Shown here piece after piece: positions 9,855-20,222 of a DNA stretch of 64,000 bases (position 1 is its first letter; each line of letters begins with the position of its first letter). The notes beneath the pieces are model-generated. The model had not been told where the DNA came from and searched no databases. It saw only the letters and a list, made by a program, of their open reading frames with translations. This DNA comes from a virus: positions 10,558-74,557 of IMG/VR virus record IMGVR_UViG_3300009448_000012; one strand, 5' to 3'. The translations under genes and the position numbers were made by a program.

Positions 9855-9856
9855 AA

Positions 9857-10258
9857 ATGGACGGTTTTCTAGGGCGTGACATCGTATTCCAGTGGGGCGG
9901 TAATTCGCCCGGCGATACGATCGCGGGCATCCGCGAAAAGGGTATCGAATGCAGCGGCGAAGCCGTCGACGTCACGTCGGATGAAAACGACGGTTGGCGC
10001 GTCGTGCTGACCGAGGCGGGTCAGAACGAAGTCACCGTGTCGATCAGCGGCGTGACCAAGGATGACCGGCTTGCGGCCGCGTGGTTCAGCCTGGAGCGGA
10101 CGCAGCCCGTTTTTCTGACCTATCCGGACGGCCGGATCGTCAGCGGGACGTTCTATCTCCAGTCGTACACCGACACCGGACCTTACAATGACGCCACGAC
10201 CTTCGAGGCGGAATTGATCAGCACCGGCGTAATCAGCTACACACCGGCGACGGTGTAG
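9857..10258 (+). CDS. major tail (tube) protein
   Basis: EAVDVTSDENDGWR, SISG, TFEAELISTG; synteny. Confidence 0.85.
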   Translation: MDGFLGRDIVFQWGGNSPGDTIAGIREKGIECSGEAVDVTSDENDGWRVVLTEAGQNEVTVSISGVTKDDRLAAAWFSLERTQPVFLTYPDGRIVSGTFYLQSYTDTGPYNDATTFEAELISTGVISYTPATV

Positions 10259-10259
10259 C

Positions 10260-10706
10260 ATGGGCGCTTTCGATGACGTGACCTTTCAGTGGGCAGGGGT
10301 CAGCTATACCATCCCTGCCAACAAAATGATGGGTGCGATCGCCCGCATCGAGGACCATGTGACCATGCCGGAGCTTCAGCGTTTCGGCGAGCGGGGGGCC
10401 GTTCCGCTGTCCCGCCTCGCCGGCGCCTTCGCTTCCGTCCTTCGATATGCCGGCGCCAATGTGGTGCATGAAGACGTTTACGCGGCGATGTTTGCCGGCG
10501 CGGAAAAACAAATGGAAGTCGCCGAAGCCGTCTCGCTCTTAATGGCCATGATGGTTCCGGCGGGGTCCCGCGACAAGATCCTGAAGGTCGCCGAGGAAGC
10601 CAAAGCCGCCGGAGCAGTGCCGCCGGGAAACCCCGTCCCGGCCGCGACCGCTTCGTCGAAGAAGCTTACAAAATCGCGGTCGGGCAAGCGTGGGTCTCGC
10701 CTGTAG
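10260..10706 (+). CDS. tail assembly chaperone (G-like)
   Basis: Between major tail and tape measure genes; in-frame slippery heptamer G GGA AAC at 10625-10631. Confidence 0.8.
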   Translation: MGAFDDVTFQWAGVSYTIPANKMMGAIARIEDHVTMPELQRFGERGAVPLSRLAGAFASVLRYAGANVVHEDVYAAMFAGAEKQMEVAEAVSLLMAMMVPAGSRDKILKVAEEAKAAGAVPPGNPVPAATASSKKLTKSRSGKRGSRL

Positions 10707-10858
10707 AATTCTGGCAAATGACGCCTCAAGAATTTCACTGGCTGTGCGAGGCGAAAATGCCGAAGAAGGTCTTCAAGGGCAAAAAGCGCTCGATGACCGA
10801 AGACGAAGCCGACGCAATTTACCGCAAAGCCTACGGACCACCACCAGGGGAAGATTGA
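10625..10858 (+). CDS. tail assembly chaperone -1 frameshift extension (GT-like)
   Basis: The -1 frame is open from the slippery site to TGA at 10856-10858 and encodes WVSPVEFWQMTPQEF. Confidence 0.75.
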   Translation, partial: GKPRPGRDRFVEEAYKIAVGQAWVSPVEFWQMTPQEFHWLCEAKMPKKVFKGKKRSMTEDEADAIYRKAYGPPPGED

Positions 10859-10862
10859 TCAA

Positions 10863-13136
10863 ATGGCAACGGCAGAAATCGGGGCTTTGCGCGTTCTGCT
10901 GTCCATCAACGCTGGTGAGTTCGCGCGCGGGATACAGCGCGCGAGCAAGGACGCGGACGGCTTCGGCGCGAGCATGTCCAAGCTTTCCGACAAAATGGAA
11001 GCGGCGAGCTACGAATTCAATTCCGGCGTCATGGCGGCACAGCGCTTTGCGTCGGTCGTGACCAGCATCATCGGCGTAAGCCGAGAATTCGGGTCCGGCA
11101 TGTCGGCGGTGTCGACCCTGGTCGACACCAACACCGAAAGCATGAAGCAGATGTCGGAAGCCGTCCTGAAGATCGGACGGAATACGCCTGTCGCCCTGTC
11201 CGACCTGACGACCGGTCTCTATGACCTGCGATCCGCCGGCACGTCGGCGGAAGACGCTATGGACCGCCTGGAGCGGTCCGCGCAACTCGGCGTTGCGGGC
11301 CTGGGCTCCACGAAGGAAGCCGTCGATCTGGTCACGTCCTCGATCAACGCTTTCGGCCTGAAGGGGCGGGAAGCCGACGACGTCTATAACAACATCTTCA
11401 AGACGATCCAGGCGGGCAAGACCACGATCAGCGGGCTTGCGCAGGGCTTCGGCGCCGTCGCCTCGACCGTGTCGGCGGCGGGCGTGAGCCTGAAGGAATA
11501 TCTCGCCTCGATCGCGGCGCTGACCGTCACCGGCTTGCCGGCGGCCGTGGCACATACGCAGATCCGCGCGGCGATCGCCGGCATGACGCGCGAGAGCGAG
11601 CTTGCGACGAAGGTGCTCGACGCGATGGGCGTCAAGACCTTCAAAGAACTGATCGACAAGTCGGGCGGCATGGTCAACGCCTTCAAGAACATCACGACCG
11701 CGCTCGGCGGGAACGACGCCGCCATGATCAAGCTGTTCGGCTCGGTCGAGGCTTACAACGCCGTGTTGTCGCTGACCGGGAAGCAGAACGACGCCTTCAC
11801 GCAGAACATGGCCAAGATGAACGACGGCCTCGACGCGGTGACGGAAGGCTTCGATAAGCGCAACGAAGGCATGGGCGCCGCGATCGACAAGATGCGCAAT
11901 GCGGTCCAGGAATTAGGGATCGCGCTCGGCGACGCGCTGGCGCCGACGATCAAAGCCGTCTCGGCGTTCGTGATCGACCTGACGACCGCGTTCAAGTCGC
12001 TCGACCCTGAAGTCCAGGCCATGATCACGCGGGTCGCACTGATCGCGGCCGTGATCGCGCCGGCGGTGACGGCGATCGCCTTCTTCGTGAACGCGCTCGG
12101 CTCGATCGTCGGCGTCGTGGCCACGGTCAGCGCGGCGCTATGGGGGCTGGTCATGGTGGGCGGGCCGATCGCGCTGTTCGTCGTCACGGCGAGCGCGGCC
12201 GTGACGGCTTGGCAGATTTTCCAAACCGAGATCATCGCGATTTTCGACGCGGTCGCGAGCGCGATCGGGCGCAAGGTGACTGAGATGGTCGAATGGATGA
12301 CCAAGCTCGGGACCTATGTGAGCGAGGTCTTTTCCAAGATTTGGAACGGCGAATTCGAGGAAGCCATGACCCGCATGGGTGAAGGCATCGCCGGCGGGAT
12401 GATCGTCGCCAGTGACGCGACGGACCAGCTCGGGACGTCGATCAAGAACGTCGACCTGCTCGCGCAGGAACAGGCGAAGAAGGCGTTCGAGTACAAGGGG
12501 CCGGTGATCGCCGCGACCGACGCCGAGGCGAACGCGGTGCGCAATCGGAACAGCGCCTATCGGGAAGGGCTCGCGCTGTTCAACGAGACGCTGGACCCGA
12601 TGGAAAAGCTCATTTTCAAGCAGATGCAGATTCACGCGCTGATGACACAGGGCGCGATCGACGCCACCACCTACGGCCGCGCCATGGCGGCCGCGTCGGT
12701 CTACAGCGCCAAGAACATGGACGCGCTCGCGTCGTCGGTCGGCTCGAACTTGGCGACCATCTTCGGCGACAGTAAAGCGGTCGCGATCGCGACCGCCCTG
12801 ATCAACACCTATCAGGGCATCACGAAAGCGCTCGCGTCCTACCCGCCTCCGATTTCAACCGCGATGGCGGCGATCCAGGCGACCGCCGGCTTCGCGCAGG
12901 TGGCCAAGATCCGGTCGCAGACGTCCAAGGGCGGCGGGGGCGGTGGTGGGGGCGGTGGCGGCGGCGAGGCGGCTGCAGCGGCTGCTGTGCCTGCTGCAAG
13001 CGTCAATCAAACGCTGATGGTCCAGGGCGTGAACCCCGGACAGATGTTCAGCGGCGAGAGCATGCGCGGGCTCGCCGAACAAATGCTGGAATACCAGCGC
13101 AACGGCGGCAAGGTCATACTCGATCGGGCGGGTTAA
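10863..13136 (+). CDS. tape measure protein (TP901-family core)
   Basis: 757 aa, Ala-rich helical, hydrophobic segment, canonical position. Confidence 0.93.
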   Translation: MATAEIGALRVLLSINAGEFARGIQRASKDADGFGASMSKLSDKMEAASYEFNSGVMAAQRFASVVTSIIGVSREFGSGMSAVSTLVDTNTESMKQMSEAVLKIGRNTPVALSDLTTGLYDLRSAGTSAEDAMDRLERSAQLGVAGLGSTKEAVDLVTSSINAFGLKGREADDVYNNIFKTIQAGKTTISGLAQGFGAVASTVSAAGVSLKEYLASIAALTVTGLPAAVAHTQIRAAIAGMTRESELATKVLDAMGVKTFKELIDKSGGMVNAFKNITTALGGNDAAMIKLFGSVEAYNAVLSLTGKQNDAFTQNMAKMNDGLDAVTEGFDKRNEGMGAAIDKMRNAVQELGIALGDALAPTIKAVSAFVIDLTTAFKSLDPEVQAMITRVALIAAVIAPAVTAIAFFVNALGSIVGVVATVSAALWGLVMVGGPIALFVVTASAAVTAWQIFQTEIIAIFDAVASAIGRKVTEMVEWMTKLGTYVSEVFSKIWNGEFEEAMTRMGEGIAGGMIVASDATDQLGTSIKNVDLLAQEQAKKAFEYKGPVIAATDAEANAVRNRNSAYREGLALFNETLDPMEKLIFKQMQIHALMTQGAIDATTYGRAMAAASVYSAKNMDALASSVGSNLATIFGDSKAVAIATALINTYQGITKALASYPPPISTAMAAIQATAGFAQVAKIRSQTSKGGGGGGGGGGGGEAAAAAAVPAASVNQTLMVQGVNPGQMFSGESMRGLAEQMLEYQRNGGKVILDRAG

Positions 13137-13166
13137 GCCCGTGCGCATCTTTCTGGAGCGGTCCAT

Positions 13167-14012
13167 ATGAGCGTCGTCATCTCGTCTTCGCTGGTCCTGT
13201 CGCGCGCCCTGGTGGGCGACGCCGTCAACGGCAATAGCCCAATCATCGGTTATGAAAACCGGGTCACGGTCGACAACATCGAGACGACCAGCGAAGACCC
13301 GAACTTTCCCGCGACCAATCTCGCGAACGTGGCGACCCACGAACTATGGAAGGGCATCAGCGGGTCGCCGGCGGCCGGCGACGAGTACATCACGATCACG
13401 ACCGCGACCAGCGAAGAAATCGACTATGTCGGCATCGCGAATCACAACCTTGGGTCCGGCCTGTTCCCGGTGTCGGTCGAGGTCCAGGCCGGCGAATTCG
13501 ACTCGTTCGTGGAGGTCATCTCCGATCGGTTCCTGGTCGACGACAAGCCGGTCATCTTCCGGTTCACGCCCCAAGCCGCGACGGCCGTGCGGGTGAAAAT
13601 CCAGGCGTCGCAAGCGGCCGTGCCGGTCGTGCCGGAAGCGGCCGTCGTCTATGTCGGCAAGTTGCTCGTGCTCCAGCGCCGGATCTATGTCGGGCACACG
13701 CCCATTCCCTACGGCCGCAACACGCAAGTGATCAACGGCAAAAGCGAGAGCGGGAATTTCCTCGGTCGGATCATCGTCGGCGAGACGCGCTCGACCGGCA
13801 TCAGCATGTCGAACATGACGCCGGCGTGGTATCGGACTTACATGGACCCGTTCGTCGTGTCGGCGCAAAGCAAGCCGTTCTTTTTCAACTGGCGCCCGCT
13901 CGACTACCCGGAAGAAAGCGGCTTTTGCTGGGTCACTGACGAGCCGCGTCCTTCAAATCAGCGTCCTAACGGCATGATGCAAATCGCCTTTCAGATGAAC
14001 GGGATCGTCTAA
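13167..14012 (+). CDS. distal tail / minor tail protein
   Basis: Follows the tape measure gene; beta-rich. Confidence 0.7.
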   Translation: MSVVISSSLVLSRALVGDAVNGNSPIIGYENRVTVDNIETTSEDPNFPATNLANVATHELWKGISGSPAAGDEYITITTATSEEIDYVGIANHNLGSGLFPVSVEVQAGEFDSFVEVISDRFLVDDKPVIFRFTPQAATAVRVKIQASQAAVPVVPEAAVVYVGKLLVLQRRIYVGHTPIPYGRNTQVINGKSESGNFLGRIIVGETRSTGISMSNMTPAWYRTYMDPFVVSAQSKPFFFNWRPLDYPEESGFCWVTDEPRPSNQRPNGMMQIAFQMNGIV

Positions 14013-16963
14013 TGTCCGGTGAACGCGCCCTGGTGTATGTCGAAGTCGATGTCGATTACTGCTCGCTAAGGTACGGCGAGGGCGCTTGTCCGGCAATCCT
14101 CGGCGTCGACAGCGCTGACAAATGCTTCAACTCGCTCAAGACCTGCGCGGTGCGGACCGCGTTCACGAACGACCCTGTGACCATCCGGTTCGCACAGGAC
14201 AATGTATATTTGCCCAAGGATATCCCGGCGATCCCGTCGATCACGGGCGTCCAATTCTCGCCGGCGACGATCTCGCTCGGGAAGGACCTCGGTCAGCGCG
14301 CGACCCTGACGGTCGGTTTCCGCGATCATAAGCACAGCGACACCGGCGAGGGCTTCGACAAATACCACGCCGAGCGCTCTTATAACCCGTTCGATCAAGG
14401 ATCGTTTTGGGGGAAATTCCGCGCGCGCCAGCCCTATCTCAAGGGGCGGTCGATCCGGCTGATCCGTGGCTATCTTGGTCAAACGCTCGCCGAGATGGAC
14501 ACGCGGCATTACATCATCGAATCGTTCAACGGTCCGACGCCACAGGGCTCTTACACTCTGATCGCGAAAGACGTCCTGAAGCTGGCCGATGGCGACCGCG
14601 CGCAAGCGCCGATGGTGTCCAACGGGTTCCTGGTCTCGGCGATCGACGAAGTCGCGACGACCTTGAACCTGTCACCCAACGGGATCGGCGATTTCGAATA
14701 TCCGAATTTCGGCTGGATCGCGATCGGCGGCGAAGAAATCATGGAATTCACCCGAACGGGTGGCATCGATGACAACACGCTGCTGATGCTTCACGGCGAC
14801 GGCGCCGACAACGGGACGACCTTCACCGATTCGAGCGCGTCGAACCGGACCGCGACGCGCGTCGGCACGCCTGTGACCGACACCGGGCTGGTCGTGCATG
14901 GGACGGCGTCGCTCCAGTTTCCAGGGTCCGACGACTTCCTGACCTTTCCCGACGATGACGCCTGGAGCTTTCCCGGCGACTTCACGATCGATTGTTGGGT
15001 CTATGTCACCGACCTGTCCATAAACCGGGTTATGGTCTCGCACTCGGACAACACCGCCGACAATCATTGGCGTTTTCAGGTGGGCACGAGCGGCGCGCTC
15101 GGGTTCATCGTCTTCGTCGGCGGCGTGCTGTCCTTTTCGATCCAGTCGCCGGCGAGCAGTATCACGATCAACAGTTGGACCCATGTCGCGGTCGTGCGAG
15201 AGGGAACGACGTGGCGGATGTACGTCAACGGCTTCGAGGCGTCGGAAGAAGTGAACGCCACGGCAATCACCAATTATTCGGGCCTGCTCCGCGTCGGCGT
15301 GAGCGGCGACGGGACCAGCTTCGACTTTTTCAGCAATATCGACGAGTTGCGAATTTCCAAGGTTGCGCGCAGCGAATCCGAACTGATCGCGGGCCTGCTC
15401 AACCAGTATAACGACGGCGACATTCTCCAGATCGTTCGCGGGCAACTCGGCACGACGGCCGCCGAGCATGACGTTCAAGACCGCGTGCAATTGGTCGTGC
15501 GATATGACGGCGCGGACCCGGCTGACATCCTATACGACCTGTTCACGAATTACGCGCAGATCCCGGCCGAATATATCAGTCTCGGCGACTGGCAAACCGA
15601 GACCGGCTCATTCCTTCAGCGCCTTTACGGCGCGACGATCGCCGACCCGACCGACGTCACCAAGCTGGTGAGCGAGTTGGTCGAGCAAGCCGCGCTGGCG
15701 ATCTGGTGGGACGACGTGAACCAGCTCATCCGCCTTAAGGTGTTGCGCTCGATCCTGACCGACACCGCGCTGTTCGACGACGACAATATCATGGCCGGGT
15801 CGCTCACCGTCCAGGAACAGCCCAATTTACGCGCGTCGCAGATCTGGACCTACTACGGTCAGCGGAACCCGCTTCGTCCGATCGACGAACCCGACAATTT
15901 CCGCTCGACGCTGGCCACGGTCAATTTGCAAGCCGAGAGCGACGAAGGTCAGCCGGCGATCATGAAGATTTTCGCCCGCTGGATTCCCGCGTTCGGGCGG
16001 GACACCGCCGAGCGGCTGAACGACATCCAGTTGGGCCGGTACCAAACGCCGCCGCGCCGCGTCACATTCGACGTCTTCCGGGGCTCGGTCGACGATCCCG
16101 TGTTGGGTTCCGGGTATCAGGTGGGTGCATACTCGATCCAGGACGAATTCGGCGCCCCTGTGACCATGCCGATCCAGCTCACGCGCCTTAATCCGATGTC
16201 TGATCGCTTCAGCGTCGAAGGCGAGGAAATGCTTTTCGAAGCGCTCGACCCGGCGGACCTGCTCGACCGGACGATCGTGATCGATAGCGACATCCTGGAC
16301 GTCAATCTTCGCGACCTTCACGACTCGATCTATCCGGAGCCGGTCGCGTTCGAAAGCCCGTCGATCACCGTGACGTGCATCGTCGAAAGCGACGTCCTGG
16401 TCGGCGCGAGCGGCGCCGATATCCCCGCGTTCGACGTCGGTGACTGGCCGGGCGGCGTCACGATCACGGTCATCAATAACGGGCGCATTCAGGGCGCCGG
16501 CGGCGACGGCGGTGACGGCGGCAACTTCTCCGGAAGCAATTTTAAGGACGGCGAGGCGGGCGGCACGGCCGTTTATACGCGGTACCCGATCATGTTCGAG
16601 GACGCGGCCGGACAGACCTATGGCGGCGGCGGCGGTGGCGGCGGTGGCTACTTCAGGGGCGGCGGTGGCGGTGGCGGTGCTGGTCAGGTGCCGGGTGAAG
16701 GCGGACCCTTCACAACCGACCAGAACAGCCCCAAGTCGGGCGCGCCCGGCACGCTGGACGCGGGCGGCATCGGCGGCGACGGCGGCGGTGAATGGGACGA
16801 CGACGGCGGTAACGGCGGCACGCCGGGCGTCGCGGGCGGCGTCGGCGAACCGGGTCCGCCGACAGCCGGCGCCGGCGGCGCGGCCGGGCACGCGATTGAC
16901 GGACTGTCGTTCATAACGCAGGTTGGGGCGGAAGGTGATCGCCTTGGAGGGGAAGTGAACTAA
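14012..16963 (+). CDS. tail tip/hub protein with inserted LamG-like domain and Gly-rich C-terminus
   Basis: N-terminal Cys cluster; FTIDCWV...WTHVAVVR...MYVNG...IDELRISK; GGGGGG tracts. Confidence 0.8.
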   Translation: MSGERALVYVEVDVDYCSLRYGEGACPAILGVDSADKCFNSLKTCAVRTAFTNDPVTIRFAQDNVYLPKDIPAIPSITGVQFSPATISLGKDLGQRATLTVGFRDHKHSDTGEGFDKYHAERSYNPFDQGSFWGKFRARQPYLKGRSIRLIRGYLGQTLAEMDTRHYIIESFNGPTPQGSYTLIAKDVLKLADGDRAQAPMVSNGFLVSAIDEVATTLNLSPNGIGDFEYPNFGWIAIGGEEIMEFTRTGGIDDNTLLMLHGDGADNGTTFTDSSASNRTATRVGTPVTDTGLVVHGTASLQFPGSDDFLTFPDDDAWSFPGDFTIDCWVYVTDLSINRVMVSHSDNTADNHWRFQVGTSGALGFIVFVGGVLSFSIQSPASSITINSWTHVAVVREGTTWRMYVNGFEASEEVNATAITNYSGLLRVGVSGDGTSFDFFSNIDELRISKVARSESELIAGLLNQYNDGDILQIVRGQLGTTAAEHDVQDRVQLVVRYDGADPADILYDLFTNYAQIPAEYISLGDWQTETGSFLQRLYGATIADPTDVTKLVSELVEQAALAIWWDDVNQLIRLKVLRSILTDTALFDDDNIMAGSLTVQEQPNLRASQIWTYYGQRNPLRPIDEPDNFRSTLATVNLQAESDEGQPAIMKIFARWIPAFGRDTAERLNDIQLGRYQTPPRRVTFDVFRGSVDDPVLGSGYQVGAYSIQDEFGAPVTMPIQLTRLNPMSDRFSVEGEEMLFEALDPADLLDRTIVIDSDILDVNLRDLHDSIYPEPVAFESPSITVTCIVESDVLVGASGADIPAFDVGDWPGGVTITVINNGRIQGAGGDGGDGGNFSGSNFKDGEAGGTAVYTRYPIMFEDAAGQTYGGGGGGGGGYFRGGGGGGGAGQVPGEGGPFTTDQNSPKSGAPGTLDAGGIGGDGGGEWDDDGGNGGTPGVAGGVGEPGPPTAGAGGAAGHAIDGLSFITQVGAEGDRLGGEVN

Positions 16964-18153
16964 TGGTTCTCGCACGTTGGCAAGCGACCGTCGTCGACGA
17001 CGAAGGCAACATTCTGACCGCCGCGAACGTCGAGGTCCGGCGCGAGATCGCCGGCGCGCCGATCGCCGTGATCTATAGCGACCGCGACGGGCTCACCCCC
17101 AAGGCGAACCCCTTCGCGGTGGAGCCGGACGGCTTCGCGGCCTTCCACGCGCTCGGCGGCGCCTATCGGATCACCGCGACGTCGGGCACGTTCTCGCGAA
17201 CGTGGCGCTATGTCCCGATCGGCCTCGGCGCCGAGACGGACGGGCGCGGCGTCGGCATCGAATTCTCATTCAACACCGACACGACCGACGCGGACCCCGG
17301 TTCCGGATTTCTGAAATTCAACAATGCCACGTTGGCGAGCGTGACGAAGCTGTTCATCAGTGACGACGCTCTGAACGATTCGGACATTTCGCCATGGATC
17401 GACAGTTGGGACGATGGCGGGTCGAGCGCGGATCGCGGGACCGTCATGATCCAATCGATCGAGGGCGTCAATTTCCTACTGGCGCGCGTGACGGGCTCGG
17501 TCGTCAACGATTCCGGATATCGCGATGTGACGGTTTCGCCGATCGCCAGCAACGGGACGTTCGCGGCCGATCAATCCGTGTACGTGACGTTCAGCGTCAA
17601 CGGTGCGGACGGCGAGGACGGCGCGGACGGTGACGTCGCGGGACCCGGCGCGACCGTGGTCGACGGTCAAGTCACCCTGTTCGCGAGCGGCACGGGCTCG
17701 ACGATCAAGGGGCTGTTCAGCAGTGACAGCCCGCTCGAACCGATCTTGGGCAACGAACTGTTGCGCGCGGCCGAAGCGACCGACGCCGAGGTCCAGGCGG
17801 CGACGCCCGGCCGCAAAGCGCTGATGGCCGATCATCTCGAAACGGCCGCGCTCGCGGAAGCGCTGGTCGACGCGGCGACGGTGGCGGTGGACTGGAAAGG
17901 CGCGATCAACTTCACCCTGACCGTCACGGCGAGCCGGATCATCGGCAATCCGACCGGCGGTATTCCCGGCACTCACCGGACCATCATGGTCCAGGGCAAT
18001 GACGCGACCGACCGCGCGATCACGTTCGGAAACCAATTCCTCGGCGAAGTCCCGGTCATCACTGATTGCGACAGTGCACGGTGGTATCTGATCAGCATCT
18101 ATTGTCACACCGCGTCGCACTTCATCGCCAGCGCTAAGAGGGCATTCGGGTGA
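16963..18153 (+). CDS. tail fibre / receptor-binding protein
   Basis: NPF..DG.AAF N-terminal anchor; DADPGSG; short GxxGxxG tract. Confidence 0.7.
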   Translation: MVLARWQATVVDDEGNILTAANVEVRREIAGAPIAVIYSDRDGLTPKANPFAVEPDGFAAFHALGGAYRITATSGTFSRTWRYVPIGLGAETDGRGVGIEFSFNTDTTDADPGSGFLKFNNATLASVTKLFISDDALNDSDISPWIDSWDDGGSSADRGTVMIQSIEGVNFLLARVTGSVVNDSGYRDVTVSPIASNGTFAADQSVYVTFSVNGADGEDGADGDVAGPGATVVDGQVTLFASGTGSTIKGLFSSDSPLEPILGNELLRAAEATDAEVQAATPGRKALMADHLETAALAEALVDAATVAVDWKGAINFTLTVTASRIIGNPTGGIPGTHRTIMVQGNDATDRAITFGNQFLGEVPVITDCDSARWYLISIYCHTASHFIASAKRAFG

Positions 18154-18785
18154 ACATGCTTCCCGGCTGGAATCCCGGTTTCATCGTTCCTCGACTGCTC
18201 CGCAGTCTCGCGCAACAGGCGACCACGTCCGCCGGCGCGACGTCGCTGACGTGTCCCACGGTGGCCAAAGGCGATCTGATCGTCGTGCTTTCCTACGCCA
18301 CGGGATCGGCGGCGTTCGTCACACCGACCGGGTTCACGCCTTTGGTGCAAAGCGTTCTTGGAGCGGTGAGACAAGCGCTTAGTGCCAAGGTCGCGGACGG
18401 TACCGAGAGCGGGACCACAATCAACGGCATGACCGGAAGCGGTTTCGGTATGGTGTTGGTCACGCTTCGACCAGACACGCCGCTCGTGTCGTTTGTCTTG
18501 GCAAGTCCTCAAGGTGAATTGACGGACGGTAATCCGGTTGCGCAAAACGTGACGTCCGGTGCGGGACCTGCCCCGCTCATTGTTATCGGTGCTTACGGTT
18601 CGTTGGGCGTCGTCAATCCACGCACTTTCTCACCAGCGAAAGACGGTGAAGTCCTGTTGGGTACCGGGACCATGTACATCGCTTGGAAGAATTATTTTAA
18701 TTCACAAGTCGACGTGAGCATCGACATGGACGACGAAGGCAACGGGAACGCGTTGCAATCGTGCTATCTCCGTTTGCAGGTGTGA
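18150..18785 (+). CDS. tail fibre-associated protein
   Basis: GTGA-coupled to the fibre gene; Thr/Gly/Ser-rich beta content. Confidence 0.55.
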   Translation: MNMLPGWNPGFIVPRLLRSLAQQATTSAGATSLTCPTVAKGDLIVVLSYATGSAAFVTPTGFTPLVQSVLGAVRQALSAKVADGTESGTTINGMTGSGFGMVLVTLRPDTPLVSFVLASPQGELTDGNPVAQNVTSGAGPAPLIVIGAYGSLGVVNPRTFSPAKDGEVLLGTGTMYIAWKNYFNSQVDVSIDMDDEGNGNALQSCYLRLQV

Positions 18786-18860
18786 CGCTGTAACTTTTTG
18801 ACTTTGGTCGCGTTTACGTATTGGGCAAGACCGATTACCGTCCGGGGAAATGGTAAGATA

Positions 18861-19265
18861 ATGACCGAAGCGACCAGCAATTTCGAACACCGGCTGGATA
18901 GCCTGGAACAACAAGGCGTGGATAATCGGAACCGGCTGGTTCATGTCGAACGGCAGGTCGCGGACGTCGCGCGCAATGTCGATTCACTAGGGACCAAACT
19001 CGACACGGTTGTCAGCGCCGTGACGACCGTCACCGCTCAGCCAAAATTCGACATTTACAAGGTCGTTCCGCTGATCGTTTCGATCGTCATCCTGGTCGGC
19101 GCCGCCTCGACGGCCGTGACGTATATCGCGTCGAACATCAACGCGCCGGCGATCGCCGAGGCCAAGGCGGAAATCAAGTTTCTGGGTCAGCGGCTCGACA
19201 ACGGTTGGTTCAAGGCGTCCAATATGAGCATTCGAGCACCAGGGGGATCGGTATCGCCGCAATGA
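18861..19265 (+). CDS. coiled-coil plus transmembrane protein (holin-like or lysis-associated)
   Basis: Coiled coil followed by VVPLIVSIVILVGAA; upstream of the endolysin. Confidence 0.5.
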   Translation: MTEATSNFEHRLDSLEQQGVDNRNRLVHVERQVADVARNVDSLGTKLDTVVSAVTTVTAQPKFDIYKVVPLIVSIVILVGAASTAVTYIASNINAPAIAEAKAEIKFLGQRLDNGWFKASNMSIRAPGGSVSPQ

Positions 19266-19450
19266 TCACAACACGACGCGCCGCGCTGATCGAGCGCAAG
19301 GACGCACTCGCCGCCAGCCTGCGCGCTGATGTCGAGGCCATGCCGAACGAGGTCGACCGCAAGGGGTTCTCGCAAGCCGTCGAGCTTGGGAACCTGCTCG
19401 CCGACATCTTGATCGACATCGCGCATCCCGTGACGGACGCCCCAAGCTAG
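19262..19450 (+). CDS. hypothetical protein
   Basis: ATGA-coupled MITTRRAALIE. Confidence 0.55.
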   Translation: MITTRRAALIERKDALAASLRADVEAMPNEVDRKGFSQAVELGNLLADILIDIAHPVTDAPS

Positions 19451-19462
19451 GACCCTGTGACC

Positions 19463-20209
19463 ATGACGAACAGGCGATTGTCTAAGGCCGGTGCTGGCGC
19501 CGGTGCAGCGCATGAGGCTTGCTATTTGTTCGCCTATCCCGATCCGGGAACCGGCGGCGATCCCTGGACGATCGGCGTCGGGCACACCGGCCGCGCCGGC
19601 TTGCCGAACGTGCGGCGCGGCGACCGGATCAGCTTCACCAGGGCGTTCGAGATTTACGCGGTCGACATGGGCAAGGTCGAGACCGACGTGAACCGGGCGA
19701 TCACGGTGGACCTGGAGCAACATGAATTCGACGCGGCGTGCATTTTCCATCTCAACACCGGCGCGATCCGCGCGGGCTCGGTCGACGACAAGCTGAACCG
19801 GGGCGACCGCGCGGGCGCGTTCAAGACGTGGGGCGCCTACATCAACGCCGGCGGCAAGCCGATGAAGGGGCTCATCACGCGCCGCGCCGAGGAAATCGAG
19901 ATCTTCAAGACCGGGCGTTATCCGACGCGCCGGATCTTGGTCAAGGACACGCAAACGGGATCAGGGCGTTACGTCGCGCCGTCCTCGATTCCGTGGCGTG
20001 GGGACGTGCCGGCCGGCGGAATTGACCCGACGCCGGTCGCACGTCCCGCGATCGTCGCCGAAATACCGGCGCCCAAAATCGTGACCTCGCCGGTGAAGGT
20101 CGCCACGCCCGCGCGGCCGATCGGCAAGCCGGCGTCGGCGCCGTGGTATTCTCGATTTTGGGAATGGATCAGCACGGGCAATGACGGCGCAATCGCCGGC
20201 TTAGGATAG
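19463..20209 (+). CDS. endolysin (GH24 phage lysozyme family)
   Basis: HE...AYPDP...WTIGVGHT; FDA...N.G; GLITRRAEE; Pro-rich tail. Confidence 0.9.
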   Translation: MTNRRLSKAGAGAGAAHEACYLFAYPDPGTGGDPWTIGVGHTGRAGLPNVRRGDRISFTRAFEIYAVDMGKVETDVNRAITVDLEQHEFDAACIFHLNTGAIRAGSVDDKLNRGDRAGAFKTWGAYINAGGKPMKGLITRRAEEIEIFKTGRYPTRRILVKDTQTGSGRYVAPSSIPWRGDVPAGGIDPTPVARPAIVAEIPAPKIVTSPVKVATPARPIGKPASAPWYSRFWEWISTGNDGAIAGLG

Positions 20210-20222
20210 AAGGAACCATCGC

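Noticed and set aside
16480-16900. GGC-rich repeats (also 12930-12970)
   Set aside because: Explained by Gly tracts in tail proteins
14012-18785. Diversity-generating retroelement or invertible tail-fibre system
   Set aside because: No reverse transcriptase, invertase or TR/VR pair seen
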